From contig CAYTSY010000008.1 of NCBI GenBank assembly GCA_964440555.1, positions 1 to 42,900 on the forward strand: 42,900 nucleotides of DNA, read 5' to 3'. The first letter of the stretch is position 1. Every line of letters starts with the position of its first letter. Below, piece by piece: positions 8,342-17,822 of the stretch. A model generated the notes under the pieces. That model saw only the letters and a list, made by a program, of their open reading frames with translations. It was not told the DNA's origin and ran no database searches. The position numbers were made by a program, and so were the translations under genes. This DNA is from an uncultured Desulfobacteraceae bacterium (GTDB lineage: Bacteria; Desulfobacterota; Desulfobacteria; Desulfobacterales; UBA5616).

Positions 8342-10954
8342 ATGAAAATCACCCCGATGCTCAAACAATATCTTTCCATAAAGGAGCAATATCCTGATGC
8401 GATTTTATTCTATCGGATGGGTGATTTTTATGAAATGTTTTTTGAAGATGCAGCCGTTGCCTCAAAAATCCTTGAGATTACGCTCACCTCCCGGAATAAG
8501 AACGACACCCAGGCCGTTCCGATGTGCGGGGTTCCGTACCGGGCGGCCAGGGGGTATATCGCGAGACTTATCGAAACCGGGCATAAAGTGGCCATCTGCG
8601 ACCAGATGGAAGATCCGGCTTTATCAAAAGGGCTGGTGAAAAGGGAAGTCGTTCGGCTCATCACGCCCGGGATGATTGTCGAAGATGAATATCTGGATGG
8701 GAAGACGAATAATTTTATTCTGTCGGCGGTCCGTCAGGGCGACATGCTGGGGATATCCTTTCTGGATATTTCAACCGGAACATTCCGGTTGACCCAATCA
8801 CACGATGCGGAAGCGGTTGTCGACGAAATTCAACGGGTATCTCCCAGTGAAATGATTTTCCCGGAGGCTGCAAAATCCGATTCTTTTTTCATGACGTTAA
8901 CTAATTTGTTCGAAGAAAAAGTCATCGGGTATCTGGATAATGGCGTTTTTGAATATGGAAAAGGCCGGGAGAAGCTGATGCGGCACTTTCAAACCCTGTC
9001 TTTGGAAGGGTTTGGATGCGAAGATTTTACGGCCGGCGTGGGAGCAGCAGGCGCCTTGATCCATTACGTGGGGGAAACCCAAAAGCAGCGGCTTTCCCAT
9101 ATCGCCGGCATCGAAACCTATTCCTTGGACCAGTTTTTGCTGATCGATGAAACCAGTTGCAAAAATCTGGAGTTGATCGGAAACATCCGCACGGGAACCC
9201 GGCAGGGGACTTTGTTCCACGTTATCGATCATACCGTCACGGCCATGGGGGCGAGGCACTTAAAAGAATGGCTGCGATATCCCTTGATTGATCCCCAGCG
9301 GATCGAGTCCCGGTTGGATGCTGTCGGAGAAGGCGTTGAAAAAATGTTTACGGCCGGACAAATCAGAGAAGCATTAGGTTCCGTGTACGATTTGCAGCGC
9401 ATCAGCAGCAAAGTCGCCCTGGGACATTGCAATGCCAGAGATCTTGTAGCCCTGAAGCATTCCCTGAAAATGCTGCCGGTAATCCGGTCACGGATTGAAA
9501 CCTTTGTTTCCCCGCTTTTCCAGTGGCAGACGGATAACCGGCCGTTAAGTGACCTGGCGGATGTCATCGAGCGGGCCATTCGGGAAGATTCGCCGCCGGT
9601 GATCAACGAAGGCGGCATTATTAAACCCGGATTCAATGAAGCGCTTGACGAATTATTGGAAATCAGCACAAATGCCAAAGGATGGCTGGCAAAACTCGAG
9701 ACCCGGCAAAAAGAAGAGACCGGCATCAATTCGTTGAAGGTCCGGTACAATAAGGTTTTCGGGTATTATATCGAGGTTTCCCGTGCCCATGCGAATTCGG
9801 TTCCCGAAACATTTATCCGCAAGCAGACGCTGGTCAATGCGGAACGGTATATCACCGAAGAACTGAAGGCTTTTGAAACCAATGCCTTAAGCGCTCAGGA
9901 GAAACGGGCGTCGCTGGAATATGAGATTTTTCATGAAGTCCGCAACCAGGTCATGTTGAACCGGGCGCTGATTCAACAGGCAGCGGCCTGGCTGGCCGAG
10001 GTGGATTGCCTCCTTTGTCTGGCCCACGTAGCCGATGAAAACAACTATTGCCGGCCGCAAATAAAAACGGACGGCCGCATTATTATCGAGAACGGTCGTC
10101 ATCCGGTGGTTGAAAAAATGATCGCGGGCGAACGTTTTGTTCCCAATTCGATCGCCCTTGACAATGAAAAAAATCAGGTTCTGATCATCACCGGGCCTAA
10201 TATGGCGGGAAAATCAACGATTCTCAGGCAGGTGGCATTAACCGTCCTTATGGCTCAGATGGGGTCGTTTGTTCCGGCCGCCAAATCTTCGGTCAGCATC
10301 ACCGACCGGATTTTTACCCGGGTCGGGGCCTTGGACAACCTGTCCGGCGGTCAAAGCACCTTTATGGTGGAGATGCAGGAAACCGCCAATATTTTGCATA
10401 ATGCGACTCCCAACAGTCTGGTGATCATGGACGAAATCGGAAGGGGCACCGGCACCTTCGACGGATTGAGCATCGCCTGGGCGGTTGCGGAATATTTGCA
10501 TGACGTCAATCATAAAGGCGTAAAAACGCTTTTCGCCACCCATTACCATAAATTAACCGACCTGACGCGTTACAATAAAAGGGTCAAAAACTATCATGTT
10601 GCGGTCAAGGAGTGGAATGATGAAATTATTTTTTTAAGAAAACTTGCCGAAGGAGGTACCAATCGGAGCTACGGCATACAAGTCGCCCGGTTGGCGGGTC
10701 TTCCTTCAAAGGTTATCGAACGCGCAAAAAAAATATTATTTCATGTTGAGAACGGGGAAGACGCCATCGGTGGTCTGTCCCCTTCGGAAGAAGGAGAAGC
10801 GGTCTTTAAAAAAGGCCATATCCAACTTTCCTTATTTAAAAAACAGGAAAGTTATATTTTGGAAGCATTGCGGCGGCTTGATATATCCAAACTGACGCCC
10901 ATGGACGCCATGAACTGGCTGCATGATTTGGCGGAAAGAGCAAAAGCGTCATGA
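8342..10954 (+). CDS. mutS: DNA mismatch repair protein MutS
   Basis: 870 aa. Has N-terminal PMLKQYL..K...PDAILFYRMGDFYEMFF, Walker A GPNMAGKST, and STFMVEM and DEIGRGT motifs. Confidence 0.97.
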   Translation: MKITPMLKQYLSIKEQYPDAILFYRMGDFYEMFFEDAAVASKILEITLTSRNKNDTQAVPMCGVPYRAARGYIARLIETGHKVAICDQMEDPALSKGLVKREVVRLITPGMIVEDEYLDGKTNNFILSAVRQGDMLGISFLDISTGTFRLTQSHDAEAVVDEIQRVSPSEMIFPEAAKSDSFFMTLTNLFEEKVIGYLDNGVFEYGKGREKLMRHFQTLSLEGFGCEDFTAGVGAAGALIHYVGETQKQRLSHIAGIETYSLDQFLLIDETSCKNLELIGNIRTGTRQGTLFHVIDHTVTAMGARHLKEWLRYPLIDPQRIESRLDAVGEGVEKMFTAGQIREALGSVYDLQRISSKVALGHCNARDLVALKHSLKMLPVIRSRIETFVSPLFQWQTDNRPLSDLADVIERAIREDSPPVINEGGIIKPGFNEALDELLEISTNAKGWLAKLETRQKEETGINSLKVRYNKVFGYYIEVSRAHANSVPETFIRKQTLVNAERYITEELKAFETNALSAQEKRASLEYEIFHEVRNQVMLNRALIQQAAAWLAEVDCLLCLAHVADENNYCRPQIKTDGRIIIENGRHPVVEKMIAGERFVPNSIALDNEKNQVLIITGPNMAGKSTILRQVALTVLMAQMGSFVPAAKSSVSITDRIFTRVGALDNLSGGQSTFMVEMQETANILHNATPNSLVIMDEIGRGTGTFDGLSIAWAVAEYLHDVNHKGVKTLFATHYHKLTDLTRYNKRVKNYHVAVKEWNDEIIFLRKLAEGGTNRSYGIQVARLAGLPSKVIERAKKILFHVENGEDAIGGLSPSEEGEAVFKKGHIQLSLFKKQESYILEALRRLDISKLTPMDAMNWLHDLAERAKAS

Positions 10955-10965
10955 TGTAGCAATAA

Positions 10966-10993
10966 GTTGAAAGTTTAAAGTTTAAAGATGAAA
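10966..10993. repeat. Heptamer array GTTGAAA GTTTAAA GTTTAAA GATGAAA
   Basis: Read directly. It is the reverse complement of the CAACTTT/AAACTTT units at 6601-6646. Confidence 0.85.
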
Positions 10994-11036
10994 AGAGTGT
11001 TAACTTTTAGAGCGTTGATTCCTGACAGCGCTTGTA

Positions 11037-12674
11037 TTGTCGATTGCCTTGTCAGGGGTTTGCCTTGCGCAGACGCAAAAGACGGGTCGGGCTCCCTGGA
11101 ATGAAGCGCCTGGCGCGAGATATGAGCAAGCCGAGAAGTGCCGCCGGGAGTTGAAAAGCAACCCCAAAAAAGAAAAATACCGCGAAAACTGGCTGACCTG
11201 CATTGAAAAATACTATGCAGTTTACGAGATTGATCCCAAAGGCCCCTGGGCCGCGGCCGGGCTTTACAGGGCGGGGGTTTTATCCGAAGAACTCTACGCG
11301 AAATCATTTAAACTCCAGGACCGGGACAAGTCCCTGGAATTTTATAAGCAAATAATTTCGGATTTCCCGGAAAGCCGGTACAGACAAAGAGCCTCCGGCA
11401 GGTATGCCGCGATCTGCGGTGCAGACCCCGCTTGCGCCAGACATGCAAAAGGCGCCCCTTCTTTCTCTGTTTCATCTCCGAAAAGGGACCCGGTTTCTGA
11501 GATTATAGAAAAAACCAACCCTGCCGCACGCGAAAAAGCAGTCCCGGAAAAAGGAAAAAATAATAAGGCGGTTATTTCGGAAATACGGTATTGGTCGAAC
11601 CCCAGCTATACCCGGATCGTCATTGATGCCGATCCGTTTACAACTTTTGAGCACCATCTGCTGGCAAAAGATTCCTCCTTAAACAAACCGCCAAGACTTT
11701 ACATCGACTTAAAAAACAGCCGGCTCGGCGCAGATATTCAAAAAGCCATCCCGGTTGACGACAACCTACTGTCCGGCATCCGCGCCGGCCAATATACAAC
11801 CGATACGGTGCGCATTGTCATCGACATTAAGTCGTTTCAAACCTATAAAATATTCCCCTTAAGCGAACCCTTCCGGATTATTGTGGATATGTGGGGGGAT
11901 AAACCCGTGTCGCCGAAAAAAACGTTTCAGCCGCCGGTTTTAACGCAAAAAGGGAAAATTCCTCCCCGTGCACTGGCCAAGCAACTCGCATTGGGCGTCA
12001 GCCGGGTGGTGATCGACCCCGGCCATGGCGGAAAGGACCCCGGTGCGCCGGGATATCTCAAAAGCGTCCATGAAAAGGAGGTAACGCTGAAAATAGCCCG
12101 GAAGCTTGCTGAAAAAATGCGGGAAAGATTAAACTGCGAAGTGATTTTAACGCGTACCGGGGATCGATATCTGACGCTTGAGGAGCGCACCGCGATCGCC
12201 AATACCAAAAATGCGGATCTGTTTATTTCCATTCATGTCAATGCGCATAAAAATTCTGACACGCATGGAATCGAAACCTACTTCCTCAACCTCGCCACGG
12301 ATGATGAGTCCATCCGCGTGGCGGCACGTGAAAATGCCACTTCAACCAAGAATATAAGCGATCTGCACTCCATTTTATCCGATCTCATGCAAAACGCCAA
12401 AATCAATGAGTCGAGCCGGTTGGCTTTTATTGTTCAGGAATCCATGGTGCACAATATGAGGTCTCATTATTCGGGCATCAAGAGCAATGGCGTAAAACAG
12501 GCGCCGTTTTATGTACTTCTGGGAGCGCAGATGCCTGCTGTTTTAATTGAAACCTCGTTCCTCAGCAATCCCAGGGAGTGCAGGCGGCTTGTTTCCAACG
12601 ATTACCAAAACCGTCTCTGTGACGGCATCGTCAGGGGCGTTAAAAAATATATCGATGAAATGAGCCCCAATTAA
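11037..12674 (+). CDS. N-acetylmuramoyl-L-alanine amidase (AmiC-like) with AMIN domain and N-terminal TPR-like region
   Basis: AMIN-like IRYWSNPSYTRIVIDAD, and amidase_3 motifs VVIDPGHGGKDPGA, ISIHVNA and PAVLIETSFLSN. The N-terminus looks frameshifted (see findings). Confidence 0.85.
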   Translation: MSIALSGVCLAQTQKTGRAPWNEAPGARYEQAEKCRRELKSNPKKEKYRENWLTCIEKYYAVYEIDPKGPWAAAGLYRAGVLSEELYAKSFKLQDRDKSLEFYKQIISDFPESRYRQRASGRYAAICGADPACARHAKGAPSFSVSSPKRDPVSEIIEKTNPAAREKAVPEKGKNNKAVISEIRYWSNPSYTRIVIDADPFTTFEHHLLAKDSSLNKPPRLYIDLKNSRLGADIQKAIPVDDNLLSGIRAGQYTTDTVRIVIDIKSFQTYKIFPLSEPFRIIVDMWGDKPVSPKKTFQPPVLTQKGKIPPRALAKQLALGVSRVVIDPGHGGKDPGAPGYLKSVHEKEVTLKIARKLAEKMRERLNCEVILTRTGDRYLTLEERTAIANTKNADLFISIHVNAHKNSDTHGIETYFLNLATDDESIRVAARENATSTKNISDLHSILSDLMQNAKINESSRLAFIVQESMVHNMRSHYSGIKSNGVKQAPFYVLLGAQMPAVLIETSFLSNPRECRRLVSNDYQNRLCDGIVRGVKKYIDEMSPN

Positions 12675-12684
12675 GTCAACGAAA

Positions 12685-12716
12685 GTTTTGAGTGTTGAGT
12701 TTTGGGTTTTGAGTGG
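12685..12716. repeat. Heptamer array GTTTTGA GTGTTGA GTTTTGG GTTTTGA GTGG
   Basis: Read directly. It shares a 20-nt identical stretch (GTGTTGAGTTTTGGGTTTTG) with 33099-33118. Confidence 0.85.
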
Positions 12717-12861
12717 AACGTTTATATGCTTTAAACGATGGAAAAATGAAACATCCGGTTGACGGCAGGGTTGTGAAAATGATAAATGCCCGCAAGGCGT
12801 TGGGAATGCAGGCCCACTGAATTTGATTGTAATTGCATTTATATGGCCAAAGGAGCGACAA

Positions 12862-13650
12862 ATGAGTTACACATCGATACTTTTTTCCGTTGAACACCAA
12901 ATTGCCCTGATCACTTTCAACCGTCCGAAGGCCCTCAACGCGTTGAACAGCGCTTTGTTGGATGAATTTTCCGATGCCTTGCATCAGGTTGCAAAAGACG
13001 ATGAAATCAAAGTCCTTGTTCTGACCGGCGCAGGGGAAAAAGCATTTGTGGCGGGTGCGGATATAACCGAGCTTTCCCGATTGAATTCTCTTGAAAGCAA
13101 GGTATTTGCTCAAAAAGGACATTCCGTCATGAATATGTTGCAGGCCCTGCCGATACCGGTTGTGGCGGCAGTAAACGGCTTTGCGTTGGGAGGGGGCAGC
13201 GAAATCGCGCTTGCTTCTGATTTTATATATGCGGCTGCAAACGCCAAATTTGGTTTTCCCGAAATCAATCTGGGGCTCATTCCGGGATTTGGCGGCACGC
13301 AGCGGGGGCCAAGGGCCGTCGGGAAGAATCTGGCCAAGGAGATGATATTTACGGGCAAAATAATTTCCGCGCAAGAAGCTATGGAAATCGGCATGGTGAA
13401 CAAGGTCTGCGCGCCTGAATTTTTAATGGAAGAAGTCTTTAAAATCGCCCGGGACATGGCATCAAAAGGCCGTGTGTCGCTGAGAGCAGCCAAAAGAGCC
13501 ATAAACAGCGGCATGAATGTTGACCTCACCACCGGATGTGAGATCGAGATCAATGAATTCGCCCTTTGTTTTTCCAGCGAGGACGCCAAAGAAGGAACTT
13601 CCGCATTTCTGGAAAAAAGAAAAGCGCAATTTAAAGCCGGGCTGAAATAA
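12862..13650 (+). CDS. Enoyl-CoA hydratase (crotonase family)
   Basis: Crotonase pattern ITFNRPKALNAL ... VLTGAGEKAFVAGADI ... AAVNGFALGGGSEIAL. The ATG at 12862 is preceded by AAGGAG. Confidence 0.85.
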   Translation: MSYTSILFSVEHQIALITFNRPKALNALNSALLDEFSDALHQVAKDDEIKVLVLTGAGEKAFVAGADITELSRLNSLESKVFAQKGHSVMNMLQALPIPVVAAVNGFALGGGSEIALASDFIYAAANAKFGFPEINLGLIPGFGGTQRGPRAVGKNLAKEMIFTGKIISAQEAMEIGMVNKVCAPEFLMEEVFKIARDMASKGRVSLRAAKRAINSGMNVDLTTGCEIEINEFALCFSSEDAKEGTSAFLEKRKAQFKAGLK

Positions 13651-13671
13651 AAAATTAAGGAGGACAGATAA

Positions 13672-14973
13672 ATGATTCTCGATATCGGGTTTGAGACCAT
13701 GCCCCGGGAGGATCTTGAAGTCATTCAGTTGAGAAGACTTCAGGCAACCATCGAGCGGGCATATTACAATGTTCCCTTTTACAGAAAAAATTTTGACAAA
13801 CATGATATCAAGCCCCAGGACATCAAATCCTTAGAGGACTTACAAAGGCTCCCCTTTACCACAAAACAGGATTTGCGGGACAATTACCCCTTCGGCATGT
13901 TTGCTGTACCCATGGACAATATCGTCCGCATCCATGCATCTTCGGGTACGACGGGAAAACCGACGGTCGTCGGATATACAGCCCGGGACATCAAAACGTG
14001 GGCCGAGCTGATGGCCCGGTCCCTTGCAGCCGGAGGCGCCACCCGCGGCGATATTATTCACAACGCCTATGGCTATGGGCTTTTTACCGGAGGGTTGGGG
14101 ATTCATTACGGTGCTGAGAAACTGGGTGCCTCGGTTATTCCCGTGTCCGGGGGAAACACAAAGCGGCAAATCGTACTCATGAAGGATTTCGGCCCTACCA
14201 TTTTGACGTCCACTCCCTCTTACGCGCTTCACCTCGCGGAAGTTGCCGAAGAAGTCGGCGAATCATTTAAGGATTTCAAGTTTAAATTCGGAATTTTCGG
14301 CGCAGAGCCCTGGTCGGAAGAAATGCGTACGGAGATCGAACAAAAATTATTTCTGACTGCCGTTGATATATACGGGTTAAGTGAAGTCATGGGGCCGGGG
14401 GTGGCCATGGAATGTCATGAGGCCAAAAAAGGGCTGCATATTTTTGAAGATCATTTCATCCCGGAAATCATCGATCCGAATACCGGCGATGTCCTTGAAT
14501 ATGGAAAGACCGGCGAGCTGGTATTTACATCGATCACAAAGGAGGCCTTTCCTGTGATCCGGTACAGAACCCGCGACATCACGGCGCTCAACCCCGAACC
14601 CTGCAGTTGCGGCAGGACCCATGTTCGAATGAAAAAGGTGAGCGGAAGAACCGACGATATGATCATCATCCGGGGAGTGAATGTCTTACCCTCCAAGATC
14701 GAAAGCGTTTTGATGGAATCCAGGGATCTTGAACCCCACTATCAACTGATTGTCGACCGGGAAGATAACCTCGATGTATTGACGGTCTTGGTTGAAGTGG
14801 GCGAGCGGCTTTTTTCAGATGAAGTCAAGGTTCTCCAGGATGAGGAGAGAAAAATTTCAAAAAACATCAAAGACTATTTAGGCGTTTCAGCAAAAGTAAA
14901 ACTTGTGGAGCCCAAAACAATCGCACGAAGCGAGGGCAAAGCCGTAAGGGTTATAGACAACCGCAAACGCTGA
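13672..14973 (+). CDS. paaK: Phenylacetate-CoA ligase (PaaK-type adenylate-forming enzyme)
   Basis: 433 aa with [16 protein letters not shown]-binding SSGTTGKPT and the typical PaaK length and C-terminus. Confidence 0.85.
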   Translation: MILDIGFETMPREDLEVIQLRRLQATIERAYYNVPFYRKNFDKHDIKPQDIKSLEDLQRLPFTTKQDLRDNYPFGMFAVPMDNIVRIHASSGTTGKPTVVGYTARDIKTWAELMARSLAAGGATRGDIIHNAYGYGLFTGGLGIHYGAEKLGASVIPVSGGNTKRQIVLMKDFGPTILTSTPSYALHLAEVAEEVGESFKDFKFKFGIFGAEPWSEEMRTEIEQKLFLTAVDIYGLSEVMGPGVAMECHEAKKGLHIFEDHFIPEIIDPNTGDVLEYGKTGELVFTSITKEAFPVIRYRTRDITALNPEPCSCGRTHVRMKKVSGRTDDMIIIRGVNVLPSKIESVLMESRDLEPHYQLIVDREDNLDVLTVLVEVGERLFSDEVKVLQDEERKISKNIKDYLGVSAKVKLVEPKTIARSEGKAVRVIDNRKR

Positions 14974-15027
14974 ATGCCCGAATAAAAACCCGGGCTACAA
15001 ATGACAAGCGAAAAAAAGGGGGATATC

Positions 15028-15459
15028 ATGCGAGTTGAACAGATATCGGTGTTTCTGGAAAATAAGGCCGGAAGACTTGCTGAAGTAACGTCGATCCTCA
15101 GTGAGGCCGGGGTGAATATACGCGCGCTTTCCGTTGCCGATACTTCCGAGTTCGGCGTCCTTCGCCTGATCGTGGACGACAACGGCAAGGCTGAAAAAGC
15201 CCTCAAGGACAACGGGTTCAGCGTGGGGAAAACTCATGTCGTGGCAATCGAAGTGGAAGATAAGCCCGGCGGCCTTCATAACATACTGGAATTGCTGACC
15301 CGGGCAAATATCAATGTGGAGTACATGTACTCCCTGGTTACGCAGAGAAACGGCAATGCCGTTTTGGTTTTTCGTTTTGACCATACGGATGAGGCAATTG
15401 AACTTCTGGGCAAAAGCGGAATCCCGGTCATTAACGGCAGCAACGTCCATGCTATGTGA
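15028..15459 (+). CDS. ACT-domain (amino-acid-binding) protein
   Basis: Two ACT-like repeats (ISVFLENKAGRLAEVTSILSEAGVNI; AIEVEDKPGGLHNILELLTRANINV). The ATG at 15028 follows GGGGGA. Confidence 0.75.
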   Translation: MRVEQISVFLENKAGRLAEVTSILSEAGVNIRALSVADTSEFGVLRLIVDDNGKAEKALKDNGFSVGKTHVVAIEVEDKPGGLHNILELLTRANINVEYMYSLVTQRNGNAVLVFRFDHTDEAIELLGKSGIPVINGSNVHAM

Positions 15460-15566
15460 AGTTGAAAGTTGAAAGCGGGAAAAGTCTAAAGCGGGAAAAG
15501 TTGAAAGAAGATGGTTGTCATCCCTGATCTTCTTGCTTTCAGCTTTAAACTTTAAGCTTTCAACTC
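15458..15566. repeat. Heptamer-periodic inverted-arm element (GTTGAAA/GCGGGAAAA units versus GCTTTCA/GCTTTAA/ACTTTAA units)
   Basis: The left arm is gaaGTTGAAAGTTGAAAGCGGGAAAAGTCTAAAGCGGGAAAAGTTGAAAGAAGAT. The right arm is ATCTTCTTGCTTTCAGCTTTAAACTTTAAGCTTTCAACTC. There is a central perfect 8-bp stem AAGAAGAT/ATCTTCTT, with imperfect pairing outwards. Confidence 0.85.
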
Positions 15567-15657
15567 ATATAAAGAGTGTGAGAGATAGTCTCTCAGATTA
15601 AACGCGTAAGAACCCCAAACCATTTTAAAAACAGCCTGTTGGAAAAAGGAGGAACAC

Positions 15658-16833
15658 ATGACCCTGAAAAAAATGTTAGTCGTCGTTTCTGTTTGTTTGA
15701 TCGGATTTGGCTGGATTGCAGCGCCGGCGATCGCCGCCGAAAAGGAAGCCTACAAGGTCGGAGCCGTTTTTTCCGTTACCGGTCCTGCTTCTTTCCTGGG
15801 AGATCCTGAAAAAAAGACGGCTGAAATGCTCGCCGAACAGATTAATAAGGCCGGCGGCGTCAACGGCCATCCTCTGGAGCTAATCGTGTATGACGATGAG
15901 GGAGATGCGACGAAATGCAATCTGATGGTCAAAAAGCTGATCACCAAGGACAACGTGTGCGCCATCATCGGTCCATCAGTCACGGGTTTGTCCGTTGCGG
16001 TTGTCCCGGTCGTAGAGGAACACAAAATTCCCATGATATCCTGTGCGGCCAGTTATAAGATTGTCACGAATGAGAAAACAGGCAAACCGTACCACTGGGT
16101 ATTCAAAACGCCCCAGTCGGACTCCATGGCGGTTGAAGCGATTTATGCGCACATGAAGAAAAAAGGGATCAAAAAAATCGCCGTTATGAGCGTCAACAGC
16201 GGTTTTGGAACCTCGGGACGCGACGAACTGTTGAGGCTCGCGCCGAATTTTGGAATGGAAATCGCAGCGGATGAAAAGTACGGCCCAAAAGATACCGACA
16301 TGACGGCCCAACTGACAAAAATTAAGGGCAAGGGCGTACAGGCCATCGTCAATTGGTCCGTCGGCCCGACGCAGGTAACCGTTTTGCGGAACTGGAAAGA
16401 CCTGGGCATGACGGATATCACCTTTTACCAGAGCCATGGATTCGGCAGCCGTGAAAACATCAAACTGGCGGCAGGGGCCGCGGAAGGCGTATTTTGTCCA
16501 TTGGGCGCCTGCAATATTGCTGAAATACTCCCCAAGGATCATCCCCAAAAAGCAGTGGCCATGAAGTACCTGGAAGATTACAAAGCCAAGTTCAACGAAC
16601 CGCTGAGTTCTTTTGGCGGGCATGCCTGGGATTCGCTCCATCTCGTCGTCAATGCAATGGCCGCCGTGGGATGCGATAAGGCGGGCATAAGAGATCATGT
16701 TGAAAAAACAACCGGGTTTGTAGGACAACACGGCGTATTCAATTTCAGCCCTGATGACCACAACGGTCTGAAGACGGAAACAGCCTTTAGCATGGTCGTC
16801 GTCAAAGAAGGCGATTGGTCGCTTGCGGACTGA
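15658..16833 (+). CDS. ABC transporter substrate-binding protein (LivJ/K-like, branched-chain or aromatic amino acids)
   Basis: Signal peptide, then the YKVGAVFSVTGPASFLGDPEKK pattern typical of Leu/Ile/Val-binding family proteins. Confidence 0.85.
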   Translation: MTLKKMLVVVSVCLIGFGWIAAPAIAAEKEAYKVGAVFSVTGPASFLGDPEKKTAEMLAEQINKAGGVNGHPLELIVYDDEGDATKCNLMVKKLITKDNVCAIIGPSVTGLSVAVVPVVEEHKIPMISCAASYKIVTNEKTGKPYHWVFKTPQSDSMAVEAIYAHMKKKGIKKIAVMSVNSGFGTSGRDELLRLAPNFGMEIAADEKYGPKDTDMTAQLTKIKGKGVQAIVNWSVGPTQVTVLRNWKDLGMTDITFYQSHGFGSRENIKLAAGAAEGVFCPLGACNIAEILPKDHPQKAVAMKYLEDYKAKFNEPLSSFGGHAWDSLHLVVNAMAAVGCDKAGIRDHVEKTTGFVGQHGVFNFSPDDHNGLKTETAFSMVVVKEGDWSLAD

Positions 16834-16869
16834 TCCTTAATCTGCTTTATTCTCCAACGACAACCGCGT

Positions 16870-16899
16870 GAGGGCGGCATTTGGCCGCCCTCATGTTTT
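16870..16899 (+). terminator. Intercistronic GC-rich hairpin with a short T tract (attenuator or partial terminator between binding-protein and permease genes)
   Basis: GAGGGCGGC-atttg-GCCGCCCTC forms a perfect 9-bp stem, followed by atgTTTTc. Confidence 0.5.
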
Positions 16900-16917
16900 C
16901 ACTCAACGGTTTCATAT

Positions 16918-17820
16918 ATGGAAAACATCTCATTTACCGGACAGTTGTTTCAATATCTGATTACCGGCATTACCATCGGCAGCATCTATGCGATGGTGGC
17001 TATTGGATTTAATATTATTTACGATGTAACCGAAATCATCAATTTCGCCCAGGGGGAATTCGTCATGCTGGGCGGACTGACAATTGTCGGCTTAATTGCC
17101 GTATTTAAAATTCCCCTTGTGCCTGCATTTATCTCAACGGTTGTCCTGGTAACGATCATCGGTGTGCTTGTGGACCGCCTGGCAGTCCGCACGATTCCCA
17201 ACCCCTCGGTTTTGACCCTGATTATCACGACGATTGCCGTTTCATTCATCATCAGAGGGGCAGCCATGTCCATCTGGGGAAAAAATCCCTATGATCTGGC
17301 GGCTTTTTCCGGCCGGGACCCTATCCGGCTTTGGGGCGCCGTCCTCCAGCCTCAGCACCTTTGGGTGGTCGGCTTTTTAGTTGTCATTGTTTTGGGATTA
17401 AGCCTTTTTTTTGATAAGACCCTGACCGGCAAAGCCATGAGAGCCTGTGCCGATAATGCCGGCGCCGCCAGACTGGTGGGAATCGACGTCAACCGGATGG
17501 TGATGCTGTCCTTTGCGCTTTCCGCAGCCATCGGAGCGATTGCGGGAATTACCGTCACGCCCATCTCCCTCATGGAGTATGACCGGGGAGCGATGCTGGC
17601 CGTGAAAGGCTTTGCAGCAGTTATTTTGGGGGGTCTGGGCAGCTTCCCCGGCGCTGTTCTCGGCGGTCTTATCCTGGGGATCATTGAGTCCTTCGGCGCA
17701 GGGCTTCTTTCTTCAGGGTACAAAGACGCTTTTGCCCTGATTGTGCTGTTATTTGTTCTTTTTTTTAAGCCCAGCGGCATTCTGGGCAATCCGGAGATCA
17801 GCCGGATTAAAAGGTTTTAA
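16918..17820 (+). CDS. livH: Branched-chain amino acid ABC permease (LivH-type)
   Basis: 300-aa polytopic membrane protein with LivH-like motifs (INFAQGEFVMLG, AMRACADNAGAARLVGI). Confidence 0.85.
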   Translation: MENISFTGQLFQYLITGITIGSIYAMVAIGFNIIYDVTEIINFAQGEFVMLGGLTIVGLIAVFKIPLVPAFISTVVLVTIIGVLVDRLAVRTIPNPSVLTLIITTIAVSFIIRGAAMSIWGKNPYDLAAFSGRDPIRLWGAVLQPQHLWVVGFLVVIVLGLSLFFDKTLTGKAMRACADNAGAARLVGIDVNRMVMLSFALSAAIGAIAGITVTPISLMEYDRGAMLAVKGFAAVILGGLGSFPGAVLGGLILGIIESFGAGLLSSGYKDAFALIVLLFVLFFKPSGILGNPEISRIKRF

Positions 17821-17822
17821 CC

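Noticed and set aside
12676-13374. 232-aa minus-strand ORF
   Set aside because: It lies antisense to a well-supported crotonase gene (12862-13650) and its sequence is not protein-like. It is treated as a shadow ORF. The same reasoning applies to 15976-16761, 9229-9750, 40248-41012 and 42089-42754.
15579-15595. The small palindrome TGAGAGA-tag-TCTCTCA upstream of the ABC binding-protein gene as an operator
   Set aside because: It is only a 7-bp stem with a 3-nt loop, it is unique in the window, and no regulator is encoded nearby. The evidence is insufficient to call it a regulatory site.
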